Below, piece after piece: positions 44,465-56,543 of a stretch of DNA of 64,000 nt. The DNA comes from the human T2T-CHM13v2.0 reference genome, Homo sapiens: NCBI RefSeq assembly GCF_009914755.1, contig NC_060947.1. One strand, written 5' to 3'. Positions within the stretch are counted from its first letter, which is position 1. Each line of letters starts with the position of its first letter. The position numbers and the translations under genes are program-made. Under the pieces are notes generated by a model. The model had not been told where the DNA came from. It did not search any database and worked only from the letters and a program-made list of their open reading frames with translations.

Positions 44465-46043
44465 TTAGAGTTTCTCTAGGATTATAGCTTAGTAGCAAGG
44501 TGGGCTATTTGATCAGCAAGATGAGGCTATTTGATCAGCATTGTAAATATTTCCGGGAATAAACTGTTTCTTTAAAATCAGATATCATCTTAGGTCAAGT
44601 CATGGGAAATAGACTCTGAGGTGCTCAGGAGATTTTTTGTGGGGAGTGTATTCTTGGGGTCAACACTTGCAGGGGAGTGAGGAAAGGAAATTGAGGCCAA
44701 GGGAGGAGTTGAGCAGCACAGCTGTTGCAACAAAGACCTCAGCTCATTTCAGAGGGAGCTCTGGAGCCAGGAAGGTCCCTCAGAGGTTTCCCACCTTGAG
44801 GCAAGGAGATGCCATCCCCTTGGAAAAGGCAGTTCTCTTTGACCGAGGCCAGTTTCCAGAGACAGACTTTGCTAAGTGTGTCAGCCATCAAAACTATCAG
44901 CAGCAGCTGGGGGAGGAAGACTTGGGTCTTCCCTTGACATCTAAGTTGCTACCACAGCACCCACAAAGGACGTTCTCTGTGCAAATTCTCGGCACCATAC
45001 TCTATGTCTTCCTCTTCAAAATACACTTTTTCACCCTGGATTACCATTTACCCTTGTAAATTCCTTCAATCAATCTCTAGAATATTCACAGTGGTTTTCA
45101 GTGCTTACTTCTACATGGAATGTTCTGGAAGCTTTCACGAGAAAGTAGGATAAATGACTCATCCTAGCTTGCCTGAGACTGTCCCAGTTTGAAAACTGGA
45201 CCTCATCAGTCCTAGACACACTGGGATGTGGTTCACCCTATGGCAAATCAATCAGTCAAATTTCAACAACTAACCTTTCCACTTTGTATACTACAGTCAG
45301 TCTTCTTTAATAACTACACGGCCTGGGCTATGGCTAAGGAGAAATGCATTCTCTTCTTCTTCTCACTGTTGAACATAGGATGCCTTTAACTCTTTTTGAC
45401 ATTTTCACAGTCAAAATTAAACCCGTGCCATTAAACCTGAAGTCACAACAAAGTAACACAATACTAATGAACAGCAGAAGCTGGTAGGCTGAGACAAGAC
45501 TGATGCCTCAAGTTGGTTCAGTCTGGGTTTTGATGCTCAATACAACAAAATGGGCATTACAAAAATCATTTGGTTTTCAGGGCTTTTTGTGTCTCAGAAT
45601 TATGGACAACGGATGGCAAACCCCAATGGCATTCTTAGATCATTATCATTTTCAGACTTGTACAACTGGAATTTCATTTGGAGGGGGCATGCAAATGAGA
45701 AAAATGGCCAAGCAAATGGCAGTTGTGAGGATTATAGATAAACAGAGACTCAAGGGGATAAAGATGCATACTTATTATCTTTGAACACACAAATCAGAAT
45801 GTAGGTTCCTCATAATAAAACAGGCTTAACCAATCTTCTTGCTCTGTGACTACAGTTTGGATTATATATTTTATCAGAAGAGACTTATTTTCATATAACT
45901 TGTGATAGTAACAGAGGAATCACCATAGTTACTAGGTGCGATTGTTTGAGTCAGCTGGGTACCATTCCCCTTCACCCCTAAAACCTATTTGCCTGTGCTT
46001 GTAGCCACACCCACTTTAATGAGCATTGGATGAGTGATCTAGC

Positions 46044-46292
46044 ACAGCATTCCTAAACCTTGGCACTGTTGACACTTGGGAGAAGACCATGCTTTGTTGA
46101 TTGAGGGCGGGCACTGGGCTGGATAGTTCTTTGTCTTGGGGGCTGCCTTGTGCATTGTAAGATATTTACCAGAATTCCTGCCCTCTGCCTACTGGATACC
46201 ATTACTGTCCCCCAAATTGCAACAACCAAACCTGTTTCTACATATCACCTTCTGTTCCTGGTGGGGTAAAATTACTCCTGGGTGAGAACCCA
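46044..46292 (-). mobile_element. MER20
   Basis: aaccttggcactgttgaca...gggggctgccttgtgcattgtaagat...gtaaaattactcc..ggtgagaacc. Confidence 0.8.
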
Positions 46293-47143
46293 TCTCATAC
46301 TAATTTGAAAAATGTCCTCGGAACGTGGGCCTTTAGATTTTCCATTGTGCTGTTTCATTCTGTAAGTATAGGCTCTTCGTGGCAGTACCACTGTGATAAG
46401 CATTGTGACTTAATCCCTTCAGATATGTTCTTTGTCTTCATTTCTCACTGGGGGGTTGGTAAGCACTGAGTATCAAGTGTGGGTCAAAGAGCTTCCATGC
46501 TGATACCTTAAAATCTATTTTCTGTAAATAAAAGGTGGGGACAAAAAAAGGAAAATAATGACCTTTCTTATCTCGCAAGGAGAGACGCCCAATTGTTCAA
46601 ACCCACATCCATGCAATCTTAGTCTTGCCTGATGATGTCATGGTGAATGAGCAGAAGGGGAGACCCTGCCCAGTGGTTTTGTCATTCCTGCAGTGGGAGG
46701 TTAAGGATCAATGTTGACAGCACACTATTCCATTTCAACAAGAATCTAACATGAAAAGCCATGCTGGAAGATTGATTACAGTTTCAAATGCCATCTCTGG
46801 GGGGAAAAAATAACATTTCTGAGATTCTGATTGAACCTCAGAAATTGTTGCTAGAAGCCTAACTTTAATAAAGCAAAATCCACATTTATAAAAATCTATA
46901 TGGAATGGTAATTTTTCTCTGATGTGATATTCTCTTGTGAATATTTTTTTTTACCAAGTGGGATTATGCTTCATATTTCAAAGCATAAACAATAGATTTA
47001 TATATTAATAAATAGTTCAAGACATATACTAGATTTTTGGTCTAAATGTCAACAAGTTAAAAGAAAAGTCTTCAATAGGTTCAAAGCTATCTTCTTGGCT
47101 TTCTTTTGAGACCCATTTTCTATTCATTTCTAGGACTTTGTAT

Positions 47144-47448
47144 CAGAGGTCAAAAAACTGTTTCTGTAAAGGGTTAGATAGTAAATAAATATTTCCAGCT
47201 TTGAGGGACAAATAGTATCTATCACAACTACTCAACTCTGATATTGTAGCACAAAAGCATTAAGGGAGTGGAGGCAGCTGTGTTCTGATACACTTTGTAT
47301 TACAGACACCGAAATTTGAGTCTTACGTACTTTTCACATATCCCAAAATAATATCCTTTTTTCAACCATTTAAACATGTAAACATTCTATGAAAACAGGT
47401 GTCAGGACAGATTTTTCTTGTGGGCCATTGTTTGTGCAAACCCAGCCC
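47144..47448. mobile_element. MER58B-like
   Basis: tctgtaaaggg..agatagtaaata...caactactcaactctg...ttgtagcacaaaagca. Confidence 0.72.
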
Positions 47449-47454
47449 TATTCA

Positions 47455-47750
47455 GAAAACATCTATTGAGTGTTTGCTGTGGTGAACAAATGAGATGTGG
47501 TCTCTGCCTTCTTGATCCTTAGAGCTGTGGAAAGGACAGCTGTCACATGAATAAATCAGGAAATAAATGAATCTATTATACAAGTAGTAATAATTGCTAT
47601 CTGGGGGAAAAGAGGTGCTATAATAGTCAACAGTGGGGGAGCCTGCTTCATACAGGGTAATGAAGGAGGGCTTCCTTGTGGCAGTGGTGTAAGCCAAGAG
47701 GTGAGGATGGGTAGGAGTTAGGCAGAGAGTGGGAAGAAGAAAAGTGGGGA
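47455..47750 (-). mobile_element. L2 3' fragment
   Basis: catctattgagtg...gtgaacaaa...gtctctgcc...ggagggcttcc...ggtaggagtt. Confidence 0.6.
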
Positions 47751-47767
47751 GAGAAATCCTCTAGACC

Positions 47768-48263
47768 AGCAGTCCCCAACCTTTTTGGCATGAGGGACCA
47801 TTTTTGTGGAAGACAGTTTTTGCATGGACAGGGAGGGGGATGGTTTTGGGATGATTCAAGTGTGTCACATTTATTGTGTACTTTATTTCTATTATTATTA
47901 CATTGTAATATATAATGAAGTAATTATACAACTCACCATAATGTGGAATCATTGGGAGCCCTGAGCTTGTTCTCCTGCAACTAGATGGTCCCATCTGGAG
48001 GTGATGGGAGACAGTGACAGATCATCAGGCATTAGATTCTCATGAGGAGTGTGCAACCTAGATCTCTCGCATTTGCAGTTCACAATAGGTTTTGTGCTCC
48101 TATCAGAATCTAATGCCATGGCTGATCTGACAGGAGGTGGCGCTCAGGCAGTAATGTGAGTGATGGAGAATGGCTGTAAATACAGATGAAGCTTGGCTCA
48201 CCTGTTGTTTACTTCCTGCTGTGCAGTGTGATTCCTAAGAGGCCTAGGGGTTGGGAACCCCTG
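47768..48263. mobile_element. MER1A
   Basis: cagcagtccccaacctttttggc ... ggggttgggaacccctg; same family and orientation as 37845-38352. Confidence 0.88.
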
Positions 48264-48287
48264 CTGCAGTAAAGAAAGAGCTTAAGA

Positions 48288-48590
48288 GGCTGGGCACAGT
48301 GGCTCACACCTATAATCCCAACACTTTGTCAGGCTGAGGCTCTGTTTAGCCCAGGAGTTTAAGACCAGCCTGGACAACATAGTGGGAACCTGTCTCTACC
48401 AAAATTACAAAAATTAGCCAGCTGTGGTGGTACACCTGTAGTCCCAGCTACTTGGGAGGCTGAGGTGGGAGGATTACTTGAGCCTGGGAGGTCAAGGCTG
48501 CAGTGAGCCATGATCATGCTGCTGTCTGGGCAATAAAGTGAGACCCTCTCTCAAAAAAAAAAATACTAATAATAAATAAATAAATAAAAG
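48288..48590 (+). mobile_element. AluJ, immediately upstream of the STS exon
   Basis: Partly deleted dimer with (TAAA)n tail; aaagagc on both flanks. Confidence 0.88.
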
Positions 48591-48664
48591 AGCACATGTC
48601 ATTTAAGTATGTCAATATATGATTACCCAGCGTGTGATTATTCATCTTTTGAATGAATTCACAG

Positions 48665-48793
48665 GAAGAGCCCGATGCCCTTGGTTTGACTCTACTAAGA
48701 GCCCCTCAGTTGCTGAACCTGCACACAGTCATCTCAGTAAGTTAAGATCTTCCTGAGGACAATGGCGCAAGATCGTCTTCAGCTGTTCATAGC
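48665..48793 (+). other. STS: STS internal 5' exon (129 nt)
   Basis: Acceptor ...gaattcacag|GAAGAG at 48664/48665 and donor AGC|gtaagt at 48793/48794, in unique non-repeat sequence; contains the ATG listed below. Confidence 0.88.
48762..48793 (+). CDS. STS: Alternative N-terminal extension of steroid sulfatase, MAQDRLQLFI(A), phase-2 donor
   Basis: gacaATGGCGCAAGATCGTCTTCAGCTGTTCATAGC|gt; A at -3 and G at +4. Matches the recalled long STS isoform start (MAQDRLQLFIAKMKIPF...). The downstream exon is outside the window. Confidence 0.82.
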
Positions 48794-49279
48794 GTAAGTA
48801 TGAGAGGTGCATATGTTTGTATCTTCGCCCTGAAACTCAAGTGTTTGACTCACCCAGACCATGTTGTCTAAGTCAAATAGTGGTATGCAGTGATCTTGAT
48901 AATGGTATTGAGGACATTCTGTTATTGCAGGGATGACATACACATGGTGCTATTGCAGCTATCTTTCATTCAGAAAGAACTTTCCATCAAAAGGTCAAAG
49001 GGGAGCATCTGTGGGGCAAATATATTTTTATAGAGAAAGACTGTCCTGGGCCAATGGGGGCAGCGTGCATAATCTGATGAGCATAAGCAAGTGGCCTATT
49101 ATGTGGCAAGTCTAGAGGAATATAGGTATGGGGGCTTACAAATGATTTAATGCATCCTCTGGACCCTTGAGGTGGCTCTACTCTAGTTGAATCAGCAAAG
49201 GTACAGAAACATGGCACAGTGGGAAGGCTCACAGTACACCTGTTCTCAGCTGATCAGCTGCAGCAATACCTGAGGGACA

Positions 49280-49690
49280 GAATGGGGTCCCTCCTCTCAG
49301 GAAGAGCTCCTCCGCCTGGTGGAGGTGAGGGCTGAGGTCATACCCAGGTCTCTCCCTGCAGGAAGAGCTCCTTTCCCTGGTGGAGTTGAAGGTTGAGGGT
49401 ATATCCAGGTCCCTCCCTGCAGGAAGAGCTCTTCCCCCTGGTGGAGGTGGGGTCTGAGGGCATAACCAGGTCTCTCCCCGCAGGAAGTGCTTTTTCCCCT
49501 GGTGGAGTTGAAGGTTGAGGGCATACCCAGGTTCATCCCTGCAGGAGGAGCTCTTTCCCCTGATGGAGGTGAGGGCATACCCAGGTCCCTCCCTGCAGGA
49601 AGAGCTCCTCCCCCTGGTGGAAGTGAGGGCTGAGGGGCAGAGCATGGTCCCTGCCTGCAGGAAGAGCTCTTTTCGCTGATGGGAGGTGAG
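49280..49690 (+). repeat. Minisatellite, ~55-62 bp unit, ~7 copies
   Basis: Unit ccctgcaggaagagctc.t.cccctggtggag.tga(a)gg.tgagggcatacccaggtc. Confidence 0.95.
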
Positions 49691-49817
49691 TGTGCATGGT
49701 GCAAGTCTTTAGGGTGGATGAGGGAAACATAGTTTTAAAAGCCCCTGCAGGGAAGAATCCCTGTTATTTTACACCTGTTCTTGGACATGTCTGGACCACT
49801 ATGGCACTATGCTATCA

Positions 49818-50390
<573 letters not shown>

Positions 50391-50534
50391 TTATGAAACG
50401 TAAAAGATGACCTCTGTTTTGGGAAAAATGTGGTGAAGACCTGGATGATCCTGCCAGCCAGGGAGATGGGAGCTGAAAGCGGGCTTGCAGGGTGATTTAA
50501 TGATTTTCAGAAGGCAGCTTCGGGGGTTACGGAT

Positions 50535-50729
50535 GGTAGTAGTTATGTGTCAGGGTAGACTTTGCCCTTCAGAGAGAATTTGGTAAAGTTTGGAGACATT
50601 TTTGGTCGTCAGAACTTTGGAGTGGGGTGCATGTAGTGGGTGGAGGCCAGGCGTGCCGCTAACCATCCCACGGTGCACCCACAGTTCCTCACAAATCCGA
50701 AATGTCGTGCTGAGGGCGACAAACCCTGC
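50535..50729 (+). mobile_element. MER20
   Basis: tttggagacatttttggtcgtca...tagtgggtggaggccagg...aaatgtc...aaaccctg. Confidence 0.78.
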
Positions 50730-51689
50730 TCACTGCAACAAGAGGCTTTAACTTAATCTTCTCTTTCTTCCTAGAATAGTCAATGGTCTTTTACTTTGAG
50801 GGATATGAGTCAGAATAAGAATTAAAGAGAACAAAAGGACAATGACCTTTTAGGATTTTTCTTTCTATTAAATTTAAACCCCATAACAGAGGATTCTCCG
50901 TCTGAAAGCAACATCCGTGGAGGCTTAAAGCCTCAGCTTATATTCATTCCTAACACTTAGCAGCTTAACAGATTCATTTTCCATTGTGATTTCTGTAATT
51001 TGTTCTTTAAAAGGATTGTGTGTTCCTTTTTCTGTTTCAGAAACAAACTTTTTGGGCATTTTCAAGAATAATTTATTTTCTAAAGTTATTGATAATACAC
51101 GGGCTGGCATGAATTTCTGACCTCGCTTTCAAAGTCTTTAGCACCAGCTAAGTAGGGTTTTTTGTTGTTGTTGTTGTTGTTGTTTATTTAATTTCTTTGG
51201 AAACTGTACATTTTGCAGGGAAATGCTTTAAGTACCTTTTTTTTTTTTCGGTCATTTTAGTCTACGGGAGAGATTGACATTCCCTAGATCCAGCTAGAAG
51301 GGCTCTGAAAAAAATGACAGATGCAGTAGCTAATTAAAAATATGCAGCTGAAAGGGTTCATGATTAATTCATGATAAACGAATACAGCATTCATTATCCT
51401 TTCCTAATGTTCTCAGATAAAGTGGGAGTGTTGCAGTGGGGGTTAAAATATTTGTTCTAAATATCTAGTAACAGTGTCCATTCTATCTTACTAGCATAAA
51501 GCCATCCTCATAGAGGTATTTTAATGTGCTTCACAATTCAGAATTCAGGGTTCTTACATACAGAGTATTAAACTCTCTCCCTCCCATAAATGGATGAAGA
51601 CTTTGGGGATTGTCAGGAGAACACTTATATTGTCTGTAGTTTTCCTGATTTGTTCTCCTCCAAGGAAAAGGTTTAGTAATAGGAAAATA

Positions 51690-51926
51690 TTATTATTATT
51701 TTTTTTGAGACAGACTCTCACTCTGTCGTCCAGGCTGGAAGTGCAGTGGCACAATCTCAGCTCACTGCAACCTCCACCTCCCGGGTCCAAGTGATTCTTC
51801 TGCCTCAGCCTCCTGAGTAGCTGGGACTACAGGCAAGCGCCACCACGCCCGGCTAATTTTTGTATTTTTAGTGGAGATGGGGTTTCACCATATTGGCCAG
51901 GCTGGTCTCGAACTCCTGACCTCGTG
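51690..51926 (-). mobile_element. AluS, 5'-truncated, abutting an LTR
   Basis: Antisense Alu stops at ctcctgacctcgtg. Confidence 0.9.
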
Positions 51927-52542
51927 TGGAGGCTGGGATTTTTAAGGACAGTTTGGCGGGCAAGAGGCTAGAGAATGGGAAAGGCTGATTGGCACCATCA
52001 GCAAAGAAATCACAGAGTTATCAAAACTGTCGTTGTGTGCCGAGTCAGTTCCTGCATGGGGGTCACTGGTCCAGTGACGTCACTTGTTCCACCAGAATGC
52101 AAAATCTGAAAAATATTTTACATACCAGTCTTAGGTTTTACAATAGTGATGTTATCTATAGGGGCAATCAGGGAAGTTGCACATCTTGTGACCACCAGCT
52201 ACATGACTCCTGAGCAGTAAGCAGGTTACGAAGCAATGGCTAGTTATCATGCAACTATGTATAGGTCTTAGCAGAATGCAGGTCCCTCCCACAAGTCTAA
52301 CCTTGGGGCCGTTCATTAGTTTTACAAAGGTGGTTTTGGTCCCCGAACAAGGAGGGGTAGTTTTGGGAAGGGACTGTTGTCATCCTTGCTTTAATGTTAA
52401 ACTGTAAACTAAAATCCTCCCGTAGTTGACCTGGCCTACCCAGAAATGAACAAGGGAAGTTAGCTTGTGACATTAGAAGCAAGATGGAACCAGTTATGTT
52501 AGATTTCTCTCACTGTTACAATTTTTGCATAGGCGTTTTTCA
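51927..52542 (-). mobile_element. ERV1 LTR, LTR8 group (LTR8B/8A-like)
   Basis: Reverse complement begins TGAAA...TGCAAAAATT.TAACAGTGAGAGAAATCTAACAT...CCATCTTGCTTCTAA, like the recalled LTR8-group 5' end. Confidence 0.75.
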
Positions 52543-52568
52543 AATTCCTATTGCTTTGTTACGTGATA

Positions 52569-52902
52569 CAGTCACGCATCGCTGGATGACAGGGATACGT
52601 TCTGAGAAATGCTCTGATGGGTGATTTAGTCACCGCGTGAACATAATAGAGTATACTCACACAAACCTACTATACACGCAGACTGTATGGTATGGCCTAT
52701 TGCTCCTACACTAAAAACCTGGACAGCAAGTGACCGTACTGAATACTGCAGGCGGTTGTAACACAATGGTAATTATTTGTGTATCTAAACATGTCTAAAC
52801 ATAGAAGGTACTGTAAAAAATATGGAATTATAATCTTATAGGACTACCATTGTATATATGATTCATCGTTACCCGAAACATCGTTATGTAGTACATGACT
52901 AT
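52569..52902. mobile_element. Tigger3a-like
   Basis: ta|cagtcacgcatcgc...gatacgttctgagaaatgc...catgact. Confidence 0.8.
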
Positions 52903-53790
52903 ATTTATAAAATAAGTGTGGAGGCCGCAATGTTTCTTTTCCATGTTGCTTCTTTATGTAGTATTCAGCACGTGGGAGATTTTTGTCAAGAAGTGCATTT
53001 AGAACTTGTCTTTGGTAATACCTGTACCACCCTCCAAACTTCTCAACTTCTACTCTTTTACCCAAGACAGGGTTCACGTGACAACATAATGACTACTGAA
53101 TACAATCTCTAGAGTTGTCTCAGGATTTATAGACATAGTAGTGGATTTCACACTTCCCATTCTGTGTTTGTCTCTGCATGGTTTGCAGAATCAGGATTAA
53201 CACAGGTGTTGTGGCTCTGTGGACCTGTGAATTAGTGCAAGAGCGACAAAGCCTGTCTTGCTTTTTCTCGGCAAGCACACCCTGGCTTCAGAATTGAGAA
53301 TAACTTTGTTCTATGTTTTAAAACATAGTGTATAGAAGTGCCTAAGGAAGAAAACATTGCATTTATAAGAAGACGTCTTACAAACACTCCAGCCAAACAC
53401 TTAATTTGCTATCTTTACATCCACTCTAGTGAAAGCACTTAGAATGTTTGACTTTATGTTCAGTGCTTGGCAAACTGCTCCTGTTGGAACCCTCAGGGTT
53501 CCTCAGGCTGCTCCTGGGAGCTTCTTCAGCCCTGCGGTGGGAATTGTCAGAGATTTAATTCCACCCACTTCTGTAAGAACAGCACTGATTTTCATCTCTA
53601 TTAGACATTCTTATGGATAGAAGTTTCTGTGACTAAAAACAATGACAACCATTACTTTCTCTACCTGTTCTGTTTTATAACAGAAGGCAACACTGAAGCT
53701 GAAAGATATTAAGCTGTTTATGTAAAGACTAGATAAGGTCTGTGGATACCCTCTCCTGCATCTTAGCCGTGATTTCTTTAGCTGAATTAT

Positions 53791-54285
53791 TGCATAGGGA
53801 AGGAAAAAGTAATTTTTCCTCTACCCTGTCTGAGTTCTTATCTAGGACAGACCCTTGTAACAAAAGGCAGATAAACAAGAGAAAACAAATAGTTTATTAA
53901 CATGGATACCTCCTGTGTATCTGGGCAATATCCAAGGAATATTGAGTAAATCTCAAAGAAGTGAAAGAGAGAAAGGTGTGGGAAGGGACAGTTATGGAGA
54001 AGTAACCAGGAAAAGTATGGTAAACCAGGGTAAGGTTGGCTGTGCACATTTCAGTTGGTGCCTTCTCCAACCTTAAGAGTGTTTAATCATTCAGCCTTCC
54101 TTCTCTTCCAGTACCATGAAGGAGAAACCCTTACAAATGGAGATTTCCTTTACAGATGTAAATCTCTCTTAGAAAACAGTAACTTCTACTCTGTTTTAAG
54201 AGCTTCTCCTGTGTCTGCAATTACTCAAAATAATTCTTACGCCAAAGAAGCACATTGTGGGGTGACGTATTCTTGTCCTTTCTTA
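53791..54285 (-). mobile_element. ERV1 LTR, MER34/MER39 group
   Basis: ctcaaaataat....gccaaag..gca.att.tggggtg...tattct at the right end; aacaaaaggcagataaacaagagaaaa. Confidence 0.65.
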
Positions 54286-55110
54286 CTGTACTGATGTAAA
54301 AAAAAAAAGTGATATATGCATATGTGTGTATACACCTCTCTCTCCACTGTCTTCTACACTTTCTAGCCATGGGATCCACACCACCACCACTACAACTATC
54401 AGTGACCACCACAACAAAGAGATGGACGGATTTTAGTGGAATAAATTATTTTCAGACTCAAAGATCTTTAATGCAAACAATCTGAGCTGTCTTTCATTTG
54501 TTTCTTAGCTGTCTCTTCACGTGTACCTGTCTCTCTATCTGTATTTTGGACACCTTGGGCTGAGTCATCTTCATGTCTTAGGTATGCAACTCTCTGGTCT
54601 CCTGGTAGTCTGCCTGTATCCATCAAGGTCTCCCTCTCACCACCAGCAGCCAGAGGCACCTTCTCAAAACCCAGGCCTAACCCTGCCACTGGCCCTGTTG
54701 GAATCCTTCAATGGCTTCCCGTTGGAAGGAAGGTGGAATTTCAGAACCAGGCCTGGATGGGTCTCCATTGTCTGCCTCCTACCTTTCTTCCTACTCTCAG
54801 GTCCTCCCTGCATCTGCCTCCCCCTGGCTTTCTTTTACCCCATCAGGCAACTTGTCTTAAAACCTGTCCTACTACCCAGGCTGTCTTCCCCTCAGGGCCA
54901 TCTCCCCAGCCAACTCCTCCTTCCAGTAGGCTTCCTTCCTCTCTTTGGCTAAGTAATGACCACTCCGTGCTCCAGGCACTCTTGTTGCATTTGCAGTTTC
55001 ATACTATTTCTTGTGTGATTATTTGTCCAATATTGATTATTTGAATAAGATCTGACTTTGCAAACACATTGCAAAGTTCTATGAAGGCAAGACCATGCAG
55101 TGCATCCTAC

Positions 55111-55640
55111 TGTTACAGGAAAGGGGTCCCGAGCCAGACCCCAAGACAGGGTTCCTGGATCTTGTGCAAGAAGGAATTCAGGGGGAGTCCACAGTACAAA
55201 GTTTATTAAGAAAGTAAAGTGGTGAAAGTACAGCTACTCCATAGACAGAGTAGGGCGTTCCCGAAGCTAAGAGGAGGAATGTGTCCACTCTAGGTACAGT
55301 ACTTGTTTACATATAGGATAAAAAAAGATCATGGGGTGATGTGCTCTGCTACAAGTGTTTGTGATAAAGGATTAATTTTCTTAATTGCTATATTTTACAA
55401 GAATCGATATTATTATATTTAAAGCAAAATTAGGAATGCCTCTGTTCTCAAGATATCAGGGTGTTAGGACACTCCCAGTTCTGGGTCTGTTTACTAAACA
55501 TTATCAATCTGTTCCCTTAACCGTAAACATCTAGAGGCTAGGAACACCTAACTTTCTGGGAGTGCAGCCCAGCAAGTTCCAGCCTCATTTTCCTAGCCCT
55601 CACTCAAGATTGAGTCGCTCTGGTTCAAACCCCTCTAACA
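55111..55640 (-). mobile_element. MER41-family ERV1 solo LTR
   Basis: Reverse complement starts TGTTAGAGGGGTTTGAACCAGAGCGACTC.ATCTTGA...GGGCTGCA.TCCCAG; other end ggaaaggggtcc...ccagaccccaag; TSD ctac/ctac. Confidence 0.88.
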
Positions 55641-55842
55641 CTACTGTATCCCTACGATGCACAGCGTGCCTTAGTAGATGTTTAGTAAATAACTGCTAAA
55701 TACATGGATGAAAAAAATAGTTCCAATGCCATATTAATACAATACTGATAAAAATTATATATTTTTGGATTTCAGTCACACAGGCAAAAAACAACTTTCT
55801 GATATGATTTAGCCAATAACTGACACCAATATAAAAAATGAT

Positions 55843-56543
55843 CTGTAACCCCCCCAATGGATTATCTTTGCCCAGGTAGAGCTTGTTTATCAAGACAGAA
55901 ATAGAGAAAGAATTGAATGCACACAGAGCCAGTTAAATGGGAGACCAGAGTTTTATTACCCAAATCACGCTCTCTGTGCATTTGGAGACTGAGTTTTTTT
56001 TAAGGGAGGTAGGGGGTTAGGAAGTGAGGAATGCTGATTGGTCAGATTGGAGATGAAATAATAGGGGCCCAAAGTGGGTTCTTCTTGCTGTCTTCTGTGC
56101 CTGGGTGAGATTGCAGAACTGATTGAGGCAGATTCCTGGTCTGCATGGCACCAGTTGGTAGATCAGATCACAGGGTCTAAAAAACATCTTCAACTCCAAT
56201 CTTAGGCATTCCAATAGTGACGGTATCCCTAGGACCAACTGGGGAGGTTGAGAATCTTGTGGCCTCTGACTGCAGGACTTCTGAGCCATACTTTCTAAAC
56301 TTGTGGCGAATTTGTTGTCCTACAGAGGTGGTGTGTCCCCAGGCAAAAATGGGATTTTTTTCCGGAAAAGGCTGTTACCATTTTTGTTTCCATGTTAACA
56401 CTGTAAATTCCTCCTGTAGTTAGCTCAGTCTGTGTTCAGGAATGAACGAGGGCAGTCTGCAGGTTAAAGGCAAGATGTAGTTGGTTAGGTCACATCTCTT
56501 TCACTGTCGTAATTTTCTCACTGCTTTTGCAAAGGCAGTTTCA
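55843..56543 (-). mobile_element. ERV1 LTR, LTR8/8A-like
   Basis: Reverse complement starts TGAAACTGCCTTTGCAAAA...GACAGTGAAAGAGAT.TGACCTAACCAAC. Confidence 0.78.

Noticed and set aside
49229-49730. 135-138-aa repetitive ORFs
   Set aside because: Translations of the ~60-bp VNTR; non-ATG or weak starts and no exon evidence.
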